DNA of 64,000 nucleotides from Eledone cirrhosa (Eukaryota), in NCBI GenBank assembly GCA_964016885.1, contig OZ024741.1:222518001-222582000 (forward strand). The letters run 5' to 3'. The translations under genes and the position numbers were made by a program. Below are positions 39,224 to 53,479 of the stretch, piece after piece. Within the stretch, counting starts at the first letter, position 1. Every line of letters starts with the position of its first letter. The notes beneath the pieces were generated by a model. That model was not told the origin of the DNA and made no database searches. It saw only the letters and a list, made by a program, of their open reading frames with translations.

Positions 39224-40869
39224 TATGGTATCCCTAAAGTACATAAAAGTGAATTAATAAGTAAGGCATGCAAAGAAGCCACAGACATAGTCATCAATGT
39301 CCCCTCACCCAATGATCTCAAATTAAGACCTATAATAGCAGGCCCCGCTTGCGAAACCCACCGCCTTAGCAACTTCATTGATACCCTTCTCAAACACATC
39401 AAAAGCTATATAAGGGACGACCTAGATATGCTCAATCACCTCCCTAATATGCCCCTTTCTGAACAAACCCTACTAGTGACGTTCGATGTAGTCAACCTAT
39501 ACTCCAACATCCCCCACAACCTACGAATAGAAGCTATCCAATTCTGGCTGGATAATTACCACAATGAACTCCCACAACGCATCAAAAAAGAATTCGTGAT
39601 AGAGGGACTCAAATTTATCTTGGAGAACAATTACTTCGTTTTCAATAACAAACCCTACAGGCAGAAATCTGGGACAGCTATTGGAACGAAAACAGCCCCC
39701 TCTTATGCCAACCTAGTCATGGGATACCTGGAAATCACCCTCTACACTAAATTCCTAAACAAATTTGGAAACACTCTCCACTTACACATAGAAAGGAACT
39801 GGAAGCGATATCTAGATGACTGCTTCATCCTTTGGCACGAAAACATCGAGAAACTTAAAGAATTCCACACCCTTATAAATGGGCTCAACACGAATATTAA
39901 CTTTACGATGGAATACAGCCATCAACAACTCCCCTTCCTCGACATCCTCATTAAGATTCATCACAAAAAAATAGAAACAGACATATACTACAAGCCCACA
40001 GACTCCAAGCAATATCTTCCTTTCAACTCTTGCCACCCTAGACACGTTAACATTAATATTCCCTACAACTTAGCCAAGAGAATCTGTACTATAGTCTCCA
40101 ATAAAAACACCTGCTACTTACGGCTACAAGAACTAAAGGACACACTCATAGGCAGGGACTACCCTGCATCACTAATTGACAATGGAATCCAACGTGCCCT
40201 AAAACTCAGTACCCAAGACCTTAGACACCCTAAAGTAAATCAACCGAAACTAAAAGCTCTTCCATACATCTCCACACACAACCCTCTCAACAATGAGGCC
40301 TTTGACACCATCCTCCAGAACATCCCTGTGTTGAAAAAGGACCATAGAATGAACCAAATCCTACGAACACACGATATCATAAAGAGCAAAAGACAATCTA
40401 AGTCAATGAAAAACATCCTAACACATGCCAAAGTACTGCAAACCACAACAACGAAACCCACAGTAAAAAAATGCGATAGACCCAACTGTGGCATATGCAT
40501 CAACCTAATAGAGGGTTCGGAATTCTATTTCAAAGAAGGACACGTTTTATAGTAAAACACAATTTCACATGCGCATCAGAAAATTTAATATATGTATTAA
40601 CTTGCTCAGGTTGTCGAGAACAATACATAGGCCAGACCAAAAACAGCCTCCGCCAACGCATGACTGTCCATAGATCCCAAATTAAAATATGGGAATACAG
40701 GAAAATACCACTGAGTGAACACATTGATACCTGTGCCGCCCAAAATCATCCCAACTTCAGAATCTTTCCCCTCTACAAATTTAAAGATAATGCCACCCAC
40801 ACCCAGCGCATCAGCAAGGAATCTTACTTAATTAACAAATACGGACCCCGTCTAAACACTTCTCCCTAA
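39224..40869 (+). pseudogene. PLE reverse transcriptase-GIY-YIG ORF with one frameshift near 40545
   Basis: YGIPKVHK, LRPIIAG, FDVVNLYSNIP, GTAIGTKTAPSYANL, RYLDDCF, LPFLD, YYKPT, SCHP, CDRPNCGIC, then LIYVLTC..YIGQT..R..H in the next frame. Confidence 0.92.
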
Positions 40870-41384
40870 GACGAACCCACAACATACGCACGTCAACATA
40901 CATACCTACATCAGCATACATCTCTATCCACATATAAACACAATGACATACGTAAACACACATGCTCTATGGTGCAACACAAATATACACAAATTTGCAT
41001 ACCTTTTGATGTCTATAGATATAAACGTGCCGACACACACACATACATAAACGCACACATGCATTGCACACTGATTGGCACATACATATTTGTACACAAG
41101 TATTCCAATACGGCAAGGCCTAATGGACTCCCCTTGCAGTACGTACAATCTGGACACTCACACACACCTTGGTATTATGTCAATACTATATACCATTTCA
41201 CACCTTTTATTATTAAGGTTTTTGATGTTCTATTGAGAGAATCGTTTTTACTGAAAATATCGAATAATGTACACCATTTTACCAGTATCACAAAAATACT
41301 GGTCTACCCACACACACACACACATTCTCATACACACACATATATACACACACACATACACACGCGTACATTAACATACAAAGA

Positions 41385-41447
<63 letters not shown>

Positions 41448-42102
41448 CTCCGTATAAGACAAGAGCTGAAAAATATCTTTTAACATGTTAAAATATCTCC
41501 CACACACTTACAGACACATTCCTACTGACCATCCCTCTACCACGAATTACTCTGCTACACACACACACACACACACACACTTGTCTTAATAGGCATTTGA
41601 ACTGTCAACAGGCTGCGGTTCGCACACACATCCCTGCTGACCATTATCACAACAACGAACCTCTTTGCTACTACTACTACTACACACACACACACATATT
41701 TGTTTTGAAAGACTTATTTTTCAGTGACTTCTCAATCAGCCGACACAAACCTACGTTTGGCGCAAAATCAATTTTTAACATTCACATGACCTCTACTGAC
41801 CAATCAAAATTGTTTTGACCACAAGAATTTTTGCAACACGAATTGGCGCGAAACTTATTTTAATACCTCTGGAGCCACTTTTTTCACATAAAAACAGGTA
41901 GAATTTCTAAAACTAATCAGATTAGAGCAAACATCACGGACGCTCTATCTCGAAATTATTTTTGAAAAGCATTAGAAATGCGCAACCGGTAAAACTTAAA
42001 ACCAAAACTGAATACTAACCAATACTATTACTAATTTTCACTTATTCCCAATTAAACTATTTTTCACTGTGAACAATTTGTCAGCATTTTCTTTTCCGTT
42101 TA

Positions 42103-42106
<4 letters not shown>
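39224..42106 (+). mobile_element. 5'-truncated PLE (Neptune-like, tentative): RT, GIY-YIG and long 3' UTR
   Basis: PLE RT and EN motifs. Both ends lie in (TA)n. Confidence 0.9.
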
Positions 42107-42138
<32 letters not shown>

Positions 42139-42147
42139 TACATACAT

Positions 42148-42850
42148 GATGATGGCTGCCACCTCGTTATCGAGTATGGCCATTGCACGATATACCGTTA
42201 TTAATAACTAGCAGTGGTACCCGGCGTTGCACGGGATAATGTATTTTGGAACGCGGGCCGCCAACAGACCTAATCGTGGAAACACTGCATGCCTGGACAA
42301 TATGTAAAGAAAATAAACTGAATACTCTGATGGCTGGATAATTTTAAAGATTTTCCTCGATGAGGCAGGAAAATGCAGGTTTTTCACCTAATGCGGGCCC
42401 TAGGGGATCAAATAGTTGAATTAAGTAATACACATGGAAAGTTTGAAAAAATCGGTTGGGTACTTCTCGAGTTTTAGGGATTCAAACTCACAGACACACA
42501 TTCACACAGACAGACATTCTCAGTTTTATATATAGAGATTAATTAATTCTATCGTGCAATGCCTGTGCGTGAAGATATTTTTTAAAGTGAGGAAAGACTA
42601 TGCACTGAGCCAATCCCACTCTCTGAGCGACAGTAGCTATAACCCGAAAAGAAGAAAAGATCAACATCATCGGTAACTACTGAGCCGCAGGTTTTATATC
42701 GGAGTTATCCCAGTTTCCAGAGTTGCCTTCTCCTAGAAGAATGCCCTGACAAAGGCTAGGGGTCCTTCACTCCCATTGGTTTAACCGCGCGGTATATGTG
42801 TATCTACACACTCTTGGATGGCCGTCGACTCTTACGAGTCCCTCCTCCCC
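42148..42850 (-). mobile_element. Non-autonomous RTE-related element interrupted by a Helitron
   Basis: Reverse complement of 34470-34900 apart from the 42208-42538 insert. Confidence 0.7.
42208..42538 (-). mobile_element. Non-autonomous Helitron
   Basis: Minus strand: 5' TCTCTATATATAAAA, then (GTCT) repeats, a 3' hairpin CCCGTGCAACGCCGGG and a CTAG end. Inserted between A and T without a TSD. Confidence 0.8.
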
Positions 42851-42853
42851 AAT

Positions 42854-42933
<80 letters not shown>

Positions 42934-43336
42934 TGAGGGTTTCAATGGCTTGAAACTGGACAGTTCAATCTAAAGATTGTAATAGTAATTAAATATTTAC
43001 TAGTTTACAGCCGTACGGGCTTAACTTTCTCTGCTAAAAGTACAAGAAATTATTGTCTGTTTTTATACATTCGTACATATATTGCATACATACATGCATT
43101 AATTCATTCATACATATATACTTTCACACACACACACATATATATATATGTGTGTATATATATATATGTGTGTGTGTGTGAGAATATGTGTATATATTTG
43201 TATGTATGTATATGTATACATGCATATATAATATGTATATATGTATATGTATATATATATATATGTATAAAACCTATCAAAGTTATATGTAAATATATAT
43301 ATATATATATATATATGTATACACACACACACACAG

Positions 43337-43426
<90 letters not shown>

Positions 43427-43786
43427 ATGTGTGTGTATGTGTGTGTATACGAGACAGATAGAGAATATGTAAACTTATCTAACACGTAGCTTCTATAATG
43501 GTAACTATTCCATGATTCACTTCAAACAAATGTTTTGAAAATTTCTTCTCTTAGGGTATATTCTGACTCGGCTTTTATGAAACTTAACAGATGTTATGTT
43601 CTGTAACGTATTTATCTATTTGTTTTACCTGTTTCTATTACACCCCCTCCTTTCCTTGTAGCCCACGTCACCCCACTTCCCAACAATAACAATATCTAAA
43701 ACAATAACAGCTAATCAATGGTACTATGTTTGCGACGGTATTTAAAAAACTTCTGAGGAAAAATGTTTTATATAGTGTTTGTGTGT

Positions 43787-43853
<67 letters not shown>

Positions 43854-43992
43854 GTTACACACACACACACACACACACACACGCATATATATATATATAT
43901 ATATTCAATTATGTTATACATAGGCCGTACATCTTCGAAATACGCATAATAAAATAAATGGGGATGGACTAAAGTAACTGTCTTTTTTTGTT

Positions 43993-44035
<43 letters not shown>

Positions 44036-44037
44036 TA

Positions 44038-45869
44038 TATCGTTTCTGAATTTGTTTAGCAAGATTCTTTATCTGAAATCGTGTGTTGAAACCGATATTG
44101 TTATACTTTGGGAGGGTCATGTTGCCAATAAGAAACACACGCACCAGTTACTTTCACTTCAATTTATTATAATAAATTTATAAATTCAGGAATTTATAAA
44201 TTTCTGGTTGGTTGGTTGGTTCCACAACCAGATAGTTGTTTATATATTGTCATAGTTCTTTCGTCACACACTCTGTGACCCCTTCAGTGACTGGGGATTC
44301 CTTTCTTTGTTTCTGTGCCTCTCCTTTGTTCTGTTCTACGCTATTTTGTTTCTGTGTGTGTGTTGTGTGCTCAGTCTGCGCATGCGCCACATCCGGGTGT
44401 CTGTGTGTGTTTATGTTCATTTATTTATTTGTTTATTTACATGTTACTGGTTGGTTGTTTGTTCTATGTGTGTGTGTGTTTTCATTTTGTCCTTAATTGT
44501 AAGTTGTGATGTTGCTGTTCCACTCATATTTTCTATTTAATTTTGGTTGTAATTCTTTTATGTTTATTGCCTCTGTAATTTGTCTAAACATTGCGTCTTT
44601 TCTGTGTGTAGATTCTATTTTTATTTCTATGTTCTCTAATTTACCCTTGTGTTCTATTGTAGCATGTTGGTAGAGTACAGATGATTCTTTACTATCTTGA
44701 AGGTCTCGCCAGTGTTCATTTATCCGTTCCCCTACACTACGAGCTGTCTCACCTATGTACACTATATTTTTGTCTCTACTTGTCCATCAGTACATCTTAT
44801 GCTATACACTACATTTCTAGTTTTACAGTTAATATGTGGGCTTATTTTACAGGTTATACATTTCTTATCTGTACATGAGGGTCTTTGAAAAGGGTATGTC
44901 TTGCTAATGAGTGTTTTTACGGAGGTACCTGGTCTTTCTACTATCTTAATATTGAGTTTATGTTTATTTAGAGGTGAATTAGCTTACAAATTTAGAAGGG
45001 CCCTAAATAAACATAAACTCAATATTAAGATAGTAGAAAGACCAGGTACCTCCGTAAAAACACTCATTAGCTAGACATACCCTTTTCAAAGACCCTCATG
45101 TATAGACAAGCAATGTATAACCTGTAAAATAAGCCCCCATATTAACTGTAAAACTAGAAATGTAGTGTATAGCATAAGATGTACCGAAGGACAATGTAGA
45201 GACAAAAATATAGTGTACATAGGTGAGACAGCTCGTAGTGTAGGGGAACGGATAAATAAACACTGGCGAGACCTTCAAGATAGTAAAGAATCATCCGTAC
45301 TCTACCAACATGCTAAAATAGAACACAAGGGTAAATTAGAGAACATAGAAATAAAAATAGAATCTACACACAGAAAAGACGCAATGTTTAGACAAATTAC
45401 AGAGGCAATAAACATAAAAGAATTACAACCAAAATTAAATAGAAAATATGAGTGGAACAGCAACATCACAACTTACAATTAAGGACAAAATGAAAACACA
45501 CACACACATAGAACAAACAACCAACCAGTAACATGTAAATAAACAAATAAATAAATGAACATAAACACACACAGACACCCGGATGTGGCGCATGCGCAGA
45601 CTGAGCACACAACACACACACACAGAAACAAAATGGCGTAGGACAGAACAAAGGAGAGGCACAGAAACAAAGAAAGGAATTCCCAGTCACTGAAGAGGTC
45701 ACAGAGTGTGTGACGAAAGAACTATGACAATATATAAACAACTATCTGGTTGTGGAACCAACCAACCAACCAGAAATTTATAAATTTATTATAAATTTAT
45801 TATAATAAATTGAAGTGAACGCAACTGGTGCGTGTGTTTCTTATTGGCAACATGACCCTCCCAAAGTAT

Positions 45870-45875
<6 letters not shown>
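44038..45875. mobile_element. Divergent inverted pair of 5'-truncated PLE GIY-YIG copies (about 0.9-kb arms)
   Basis: ORFs 44493-44762 (minus) and 45165-45482 (plus) are near-identical. Centre about 44985, with both 3' ends in (TA)n. Confidence 0.9.
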
Positions 45876-45955
<80 letters not shown>

Positions 45956-46084
45956 GTCAGAGTATAAGATTCGCAATCGTGAGGTTGTGAGTTTAATTAT
46001 AGGACCAGGTGACTTTATTTCAAATTGCTCTTGCTGCCAGGAGTTGCGTGGACCATAAGCTCAGTCGTCGGGGTCCTACTCGTT

Positions 46085-46127
<43 letters not shown>

Positions 46128-46228
46128 TAGGTAGTACGGTGAAATACTGGTGTTGGTAGGAAATAAAGCACTTTATGCACAGGCAGAGTGTATATAATAG
46201 AATAAAAGGGAAGTTTCGTTTACATATT

Positions 46229-46260
<32 letters not shown>

Positions 46261-46347
46261 GGAAAAATTTGAACAGGGACAAAACAAAGAGGCAGTACAA
46301 CGAATGTTTATTAATTTCACGCTCTGGAGAGTGGGGTGTTGGTGGGG

Positions 46348-46381
46348 GACGACGTTTCGGGCATAAGCCCTTCCTCAGGTG
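46348..46381 (-). ncRNA. Minimal type I HHR (weak stem I)
   Basis: Minus strand: AC-CTGAGGA-A-GGGC-ttat-GCCC-GAAACGTC-GT. Confidence 0.6.
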
Positions 46382-46546
46382 AGAAGTGTGTGGGAACAGA
46401 GTTCAAAGGGTGTGTAGGGGAGTGGTGGAGAGACATATAGCGAAATGAAACGGTGCGAATGAAAAAATAAAAAATAAAGATAAAAATAAAAATAAAGCAT
46501 GATATATATATACATATGTATATGTGTGTGTGTGTATATATCTATA

Positions 46547-46581
<35 letters not shown>

Positions 46582-46788
46582 CTGTATATATATATGTATG
46601 TACACGTACATACATATATGTATACAGACGTACAGTAGTATGTATATATATATATACATACATGCACACATATATATATGTACGTATGGATTCACCGAAT
46701 ATTTATTATAACGCTCGGTGTGTTTGTAAACAAACATCCCGTATTAAGCCGTAGTGTCCAGCAACCATCGTTGCTCGTTCGTTCAACA

Positions 46789-46857
46789 CTGACAAAGGAA
46801 CGCTGTACTAGTTTCAAGCTTATTAGCTATCGTCAGCAACGTATACCTTCCTGCCAG
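46789..46857 (-). ncRNA. Type I HHR (family C)
   Basis: Reverse complement of 47101-47169. Confidence 0.85.
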
Positions 46858-47100
46858 ATTGTTGAACGTATATACTTACCTTATGCATATTAACGGCTGA
46901 GTAGCCCAATTTGCATATCGAGTGGGTTAATCGGCCGGGTGCACCGAAAACGATAAACGGAAAAGATGAAACGAAATTTCATTTCCCACTCTTAGTACGG
47001 CTGTTACTTAAATATAAGTATGTACACGTACATACATATATGTATATAGACGTACAGTAGTATGTTAATATGCATAAGGTAAGTATATACGTTCAACAAT

Positions 47101-47169
47101 CTGGCAGGAAGGTATACGTTGCTGACGATAGCTAATAAGCTTGAAACTAGTACAGCGTTCCTTTGTCAG
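47101..47169 (+). ncRNA. Type I HHR (family C)
   Basis: CTGGCAGGAAGG..ACGTTG-CTGACGA-TAGCT-aata-AGCTT-GAAA-CTAG-TA-CAGCGT-TCCTTTGTCAG, with predicted cleavage after 47152. Confidence 0.85.
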
Positions 47170-47421
47170 TGTTGAACAAACGAGCAACGATGGTTGCTAG
47201 ACACTACGGCTTAATACGGGATGTTTGTTTACAAACACACCGAGCGTTATAATAAATATTCTGTGAATCCGTACGTACATATATATATATGTGCATGTAT
47301 GTATATATATATACATACTACTGCACGTCTGTTTACATATATGTGTGTACGTGTACATACTTATATTTAAGTAACAGCCGTACTAAGAGTGGGAAATGAA
47401 ATTTCGTTTCATTTTTCCGTT

Positions 47422-48236
<815 letters not shown>

Positions 48237-48899
48237 AAACGAATCTGTCCCAGTGTGCTAACAAAATGTATATTTGTGATGGAGCGGTCGCACTTGGTAG
48301 TCCGGGCTCCAGGATTTCTGCAAGTACAGACTGCCCTGACAAATGGGATATGCAGTTTGCCAATCACAGTGGTAGCACCGTGCATCTATGCATACTATTT
48401 CTGTATTGCGTCATCAGCGGGTGCAACAAAAAAAAGCGAAAGAGTGCGAAGTGGCCTGTCCATTTCGTACATATATTTCCCCTTCACGGGAAGAAATCGA
48501 TTGTGTTCAAACCTGGAGAGGTCGATAAATAAGTACCAGTCCAGTACTGGGGTTGATTCTTCCTCTATATCTTTTTCTCACTTCCCCTTTTTTTCTCCCT
48601 TTCTCGAGCAAAAATCGATAGGTTTTTAAAATGCGCAAACCGTATGTCACGATGATGCCCCTACAAGTGTTACGGGTCTATACAACGTATATAGATTGAA
48701 GTGTATCCGGTGTAAACTACAAATTTCCACCCACTTCCGGTCGCATGATGCTGTCTTCTTTCCTATTTAGTTAAACTTTGTTGAGGTGTTGACATTCTAC
48801 TTTTCTATATCTGGAATTTCTTCTCTAAACCTATTCCAATTTTAGTTATTAGAACTGGACCTCCAATACACAGCAGTTATCACGAAGTTTTGGTCTTAA

Positions 48900-49225
48900 A
48901 ACACCTCTGTCATGTTAAAGAGAAAAAGGATGAGGTCTGAGCCTTGGTGGAGCCCTACTTGCAAACTAAATTCATCGCTGTACTCATTGCTAATTTTCAT
49001 CTTGTTGACTGTATCTATGTACCTGGCCCTCACAAGCCATTCATCTCCCGATAGTTTCCTTAGTGCCCACCAGATTGCAGAACACTGTGCCCCCTCTTAA
49101 GACATTTCCAGGTTGACGAATAAGTATTTCTGAAGATGTCTCACTAGAAAGACGGCATCAGTAGTAAGTCATCCTGGTACAGAGCCAAACTACATACCAT
49201 CAAGGCTAATTCTGTTCTTAATCAG
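48900..49225 (-). mobile_element. Decayed RTE-like RT fragment
   Basis: Minus strand: FG..PG..TTDAVF ... SDEFSLQVGLHQGS. Confidence 0.6.
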
Positions 49226-49254
49226 TTGTATATCTACATCTATTTATCTATCGT

Positions 49255-49327
<73 letters not shown>

Positions 49328-49597
49328 ATGTATATATATGATATATGTATAAATATAGATATATGTGTATATGTATATATATATGATGATTCCTATATAT
49401 ATGTATATATATATGATGATGATTCCTATATATAATATATATAGGAATATGTGCCTGTGTGAGTGTGTATGTGTGAGTGTGTGTGTATGTGTTTGTGTGA
49501 GAGTGTGTGTATATAATGCATTTTATAGTTACTTATTATATAACACTTACAAATATTAGAACATGAAGATATATACATGTATATATGTATATGCATA

Positions 49598-49631
<34 letters not shown>

Positions 49632-50059
49632 TTAAAGATAGAAACTTGATGCCACCCTCCACATTACATTCCTTTGTGGTGTTAAGTGAGAGTTAATATC
49701 AATTAAGGCAATGAAAGAGGGAGATGGCTGAAGAGAGAGTAAGAGTATGATGTAGAACGAGAGTGTGGGGAAGAGATCTACAGAAAGGGAGAGAAACAGA
49801 GAGAGAAACAGGGGGAGAGAAACAGAGAACGAGAGAAACAGGGAGGAAGAAAGGGAGATAGAGAGAGGAAGAAAGTTGGAATTTTGACTCATAAGTATAA
49901 TTTTTTAAAGACCGACCCAGAAATTACTTTCGTCAAACATTTGTTATGGGTTGCTGGGGGAGTTTTGTTTCTTGTGTGTTGTAAGTTCGATCCAAAGTGG
50001 CTAGATACTTGATACGTTTTCTTATCACGGGACTTCACATAAAATAATGGTTTCTGATT

Positions 50060-51060
50060 TAGAAACAAGGCCAACAATTTTGATGGAGCGGAAACTCGAT
50101 TAAATCGGCTTTAGTCCGTGACTGGTACTTTATTTTATTGACCCTGTAAGAATGAAAGGCAAAGCTAACCTCGGCGGGATTTTGAACTCAGAACGTAGAA
50201 AGCTGTAATTAGATATAGCAAGACATTTTTTTCCGATACTCTACCGATTCTGCCAATTCAGTACTCTTTTTAGCAGTTATATTGATTTCTAATGTTGGCA
50301 CAATGGCGGCAATTCGATGGGAGGGGAAAGTCTATTATATTGACTCCAATACTTAACTGGTTCTTTATTTTATAGACCTCTGAAGAATGAAATGCAAAGA
50401 TTACTTTCATGAGATTTGACGCTCTACCGATTCTGACAATCTACTTCCTTTTGCAGCCTTAATAATTGTTTCTACTTTAGGCACAAGGTCAGCAATTCGA
50501 GAGGAGGGGAAAGTTGATTAAATCGACCCCCAGTGCGGTACTGGTACTTTATTTTATCGACCCCATAAGGATGAAAGGTAAAGATAACCTCGGCGTGATT
50601 TGAACCAGGCTGTAAAGGGCTGTCACACTATTCTGCAAAGCATGGTGTTCGACGCTCTACCGATACTGCCAATCCACCGCCGTTTTGCAGCATTAATAAT
50701 AAGGATAATAATAACAATGTTTAATTTCTTAGACATATCGCTAATTTATTTTAGTAAAAGAGTGAGAGGAGTAGAGTGTGTATTTATGGACCTTTAATTC
50801 CTGGTGGAGTCGAAGGGGCGCTATTGTGACATACGACCTGTCTTGGGTATTTTGAACCTGTCGAAGTCCATCCCTTTCTATGTCTGAACACAGCCGATTT
50901 CTTTCAGAAAAAGAAAGAGGACGGGAAAGATATATAAAAGAAGAATCGATCCCAGTACTGGACTGGTATTTTTTTTATCGACACCGAAAGGGCAAAAAGG
51001 GAAGGATGACCTCTGATCTTATGAAAGGTAAAGTTGACACCTGATTTGATAAAAAGATGA
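50060..51060 (-). mobile_element. Cluster of decayed Meta-like tRNA SINEs (others at 51650-51900, 57750-57920, 60270-60455)
   Basis: Repeated CTGGTACTTTATTTTATCGACCC..ATGAAAGG..AACCTCGGCG..TTTGAAC. Confidence 0.7.
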
Positions 51061-51082
51061 AAGGTAAAGTTAATATCTGTAG

Positions 51083-51419
51083 AAGGCGCGTGGCTTTGTG
51101 GTTAGGGTATTCAGCTCACAATCTAAGGTCGTGAGTTCGATTCCCGCCGGCGCGTTGTGTCCTTGAGCAAAACACTTTATTTCACGTAACCCTTTATTTC
51201 CCGTTGCTCAAGTCCACTCAGCTAGCAAAAATGAGTTGTACCTGTAATTCGAAGGACCAGCCTTGTCACATTCTGCGTCACGCTGAATCTCCCTGAGAAC
51301 TACGTTATGGATACGCGTACCTGTTGAATGCTCAGCCACTTGCACGTTAATTTCACGAGCAGGCTGTTCCGTTGATCGAATCAACTGGAACACACGTCGT
51401 GGTAACAGACGGAGTGCCA
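51083..51419 (+). mobile_element. tRNA-derived CORE-type SINE (resembles the octopus OK SINE); decayed copy at about 16953-17130
   Basis: A-box TGGCTTTGTGGTT, B-box GAGTTCGATTCCC, CORE-like TGTGTCCTTGAGCAA..CACTT. Confidence 0.75.
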
Positions 51420-52265
51420 TTCATTCCAAAGTTGATATCTGATTTGATGAAAAGGAAAGTTGACCTCTTATTTGAAATCAAAACACAGACGTCTACCACG
51501 AAGTACTTTATCTGACGTTCTAACGACTCCGTCAATTCGCCGCCTTTTAGGAATAGAGTACATTCTGTCAATCATACACCATCCCCTACCTCAAAAGATT
51601 AGTTCTTCTATATAATACTTATATTGGCAGGTATGTTGTTGAATCTGACAGAATATAATGCCAAAAAACCTCTGGTGGAATTCGAACTCAGGATGTAAAT
51701 TTGTGGAATCAAATACTGATATCTAATTTGTGCGCAAGGCCAGTACATTTGGGGATAAAACTAAAATTGACTGGTACATTATTTCACCGAACCTGAAAGG
51801 GTAGTGCAAAGTTGAATTCGGTGTGATTTGAACTGAGAATACCACAATAGCAGAACAAATACCACAATAGCATTTATCCGACGATCTACCAATTCTACCA
51901 ACCTTCTGTGGAACTAAATATTGGAAGTTATTTAGTCTGTCGCTTCACCCTTTCTCACAATTCACTGTTCTTCTTTCAAATGTATATAGAAATCCTCTCA
52001 CCCTGTCCTGAGTAAATTCTTCAAACAAGGAGGATGTTTTTCTCGATACATTTCATTTATACATTCGTTAGGTTATGCTGGCTCATGTATACACCCAACG
52101 TAGTATATCTTGTATACTTTGTATATACTCCACTGAAGTAAAATATGGTCATATTAATGAGAGGGATTTACTTAAAACCAAATTAATATCTAGGGAGATA
52201 ACAATGTCTAAATACTTTGTAATTAGAGATGATAACCAGATTTCCTACTTCCCATTTATTTTACG

Positions 52266-52659
52266 CAATTACATCGCGGAAGAGTAATTTTAGTCATTCA
52301 AAAACACACAAAAACTGTTAACTTCACTCTATATTTACAGACCAGCCAACCTCTAAAATCCCATACGAGGAGTACCATGAAAGAAAGTGCCCCAAAACGG
52401 GAAGAAATAAGATAAAATGGGGAGATTTTACATAATGAAAGCTATACCCATTTTCATAAGAGAAGACATCTCTCACCCACCCCAAAGCGGGTGGGAGATC
52501 TCCCCGTCGGACGGGGAGAGTTGCCAGGTCTGTGTTTATAATTTATTTCCTGGTGGACATGTTTCAAACAGGGCAACAATCATTCTAACGTTTGGAAATA
52601 AATGATAAATATAAAGTGTATTTTTGAATGGCTAAAATGTCTCTTCCACGATGTAATTG
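52266..52659. mobile_element. MITE-like element
   Basis: Imperfect inverted repeats of about 45 bp: CAATTACATCGCGGAAGAG..TTTTAGTCATTCAAAAACACAC and GTGTATTTTTGAATGGCTAAAA..CTCTTCCACGATGTAATTG. Confidence 0.55.
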
Positions 52660-53362
52660 TTTAAATTCAATACATTGTCTCAGATCAAGTACGACTCCGA
52701 AAGTTTATTTTTACATTATTTTTTTTCAATCTGTTTTAATCTTACTCTTTACATAATCTGTGTTGAGTTTGTTAAGTTGCGCTTTCAGCCACAAAATATG
52801 TTTAATTAAAGATGGAGCCTAAATGACATGCGACAGCAACTGAGTGATATATGTATCAGCTGATGTGTGCAGCGGAGTCGAATTTGTATGCTGTGTGTAT
52901 TAGCCCATGTAGGCAACGGAGTTAAATGTGCTGCAGTATGGAGTTTAATAGACATTAATATGGCGATGGTGGTGGTGAGGTACAAGCGTGTGCCTTCGGG
53001 TTCCATCACATTGCAGCTGCATGACACCTTGGGCAGGTGTCGTCAACTATAGCATCGGGTTCATCAATGCCTTATGAGTAGAATTTGGTTGACGGAAAGC
53101 TAACATAATTGAGAAATTAAAATTTTCGTAAAACTATATATATTTTGTTATATTTGGGGATGGTCATGTTGCCAATATTGGCAATAGAAATAAACACACG
53201 CACCATATAATCTTCACTTTATCTTTATCTTTATTGCTCGTTATTCATTCGTTTGTTAAAGTCACATTTTGTGACTTCCTCAATGACTATTTGTTTTGTG
53301 CCTCCACTTTTTTCTGGTCTTAAGCTTCTACTCCATCTTGTCTTTGTTTTATATACATAAAC

Positions 53363-53459
<97 letters not shown>

Positions 53460-53479
53460 ATATATATATATATATATAA

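Larger units (their letters stand above)
46595..47425. mobile_element. Family C divergent insertion: minus arm 46595-47065 (period about 422 bp), plus arm 47063-47425
   Basis: The arms are reverse complements, each with an intact HHR. Confidence 0.85.

Noticed and set aside
51083-51160. tRNA gene
   Set aside because: A- and B-boxes are present, but there is no full cloverleaf and the sequence continues into a SINE body.
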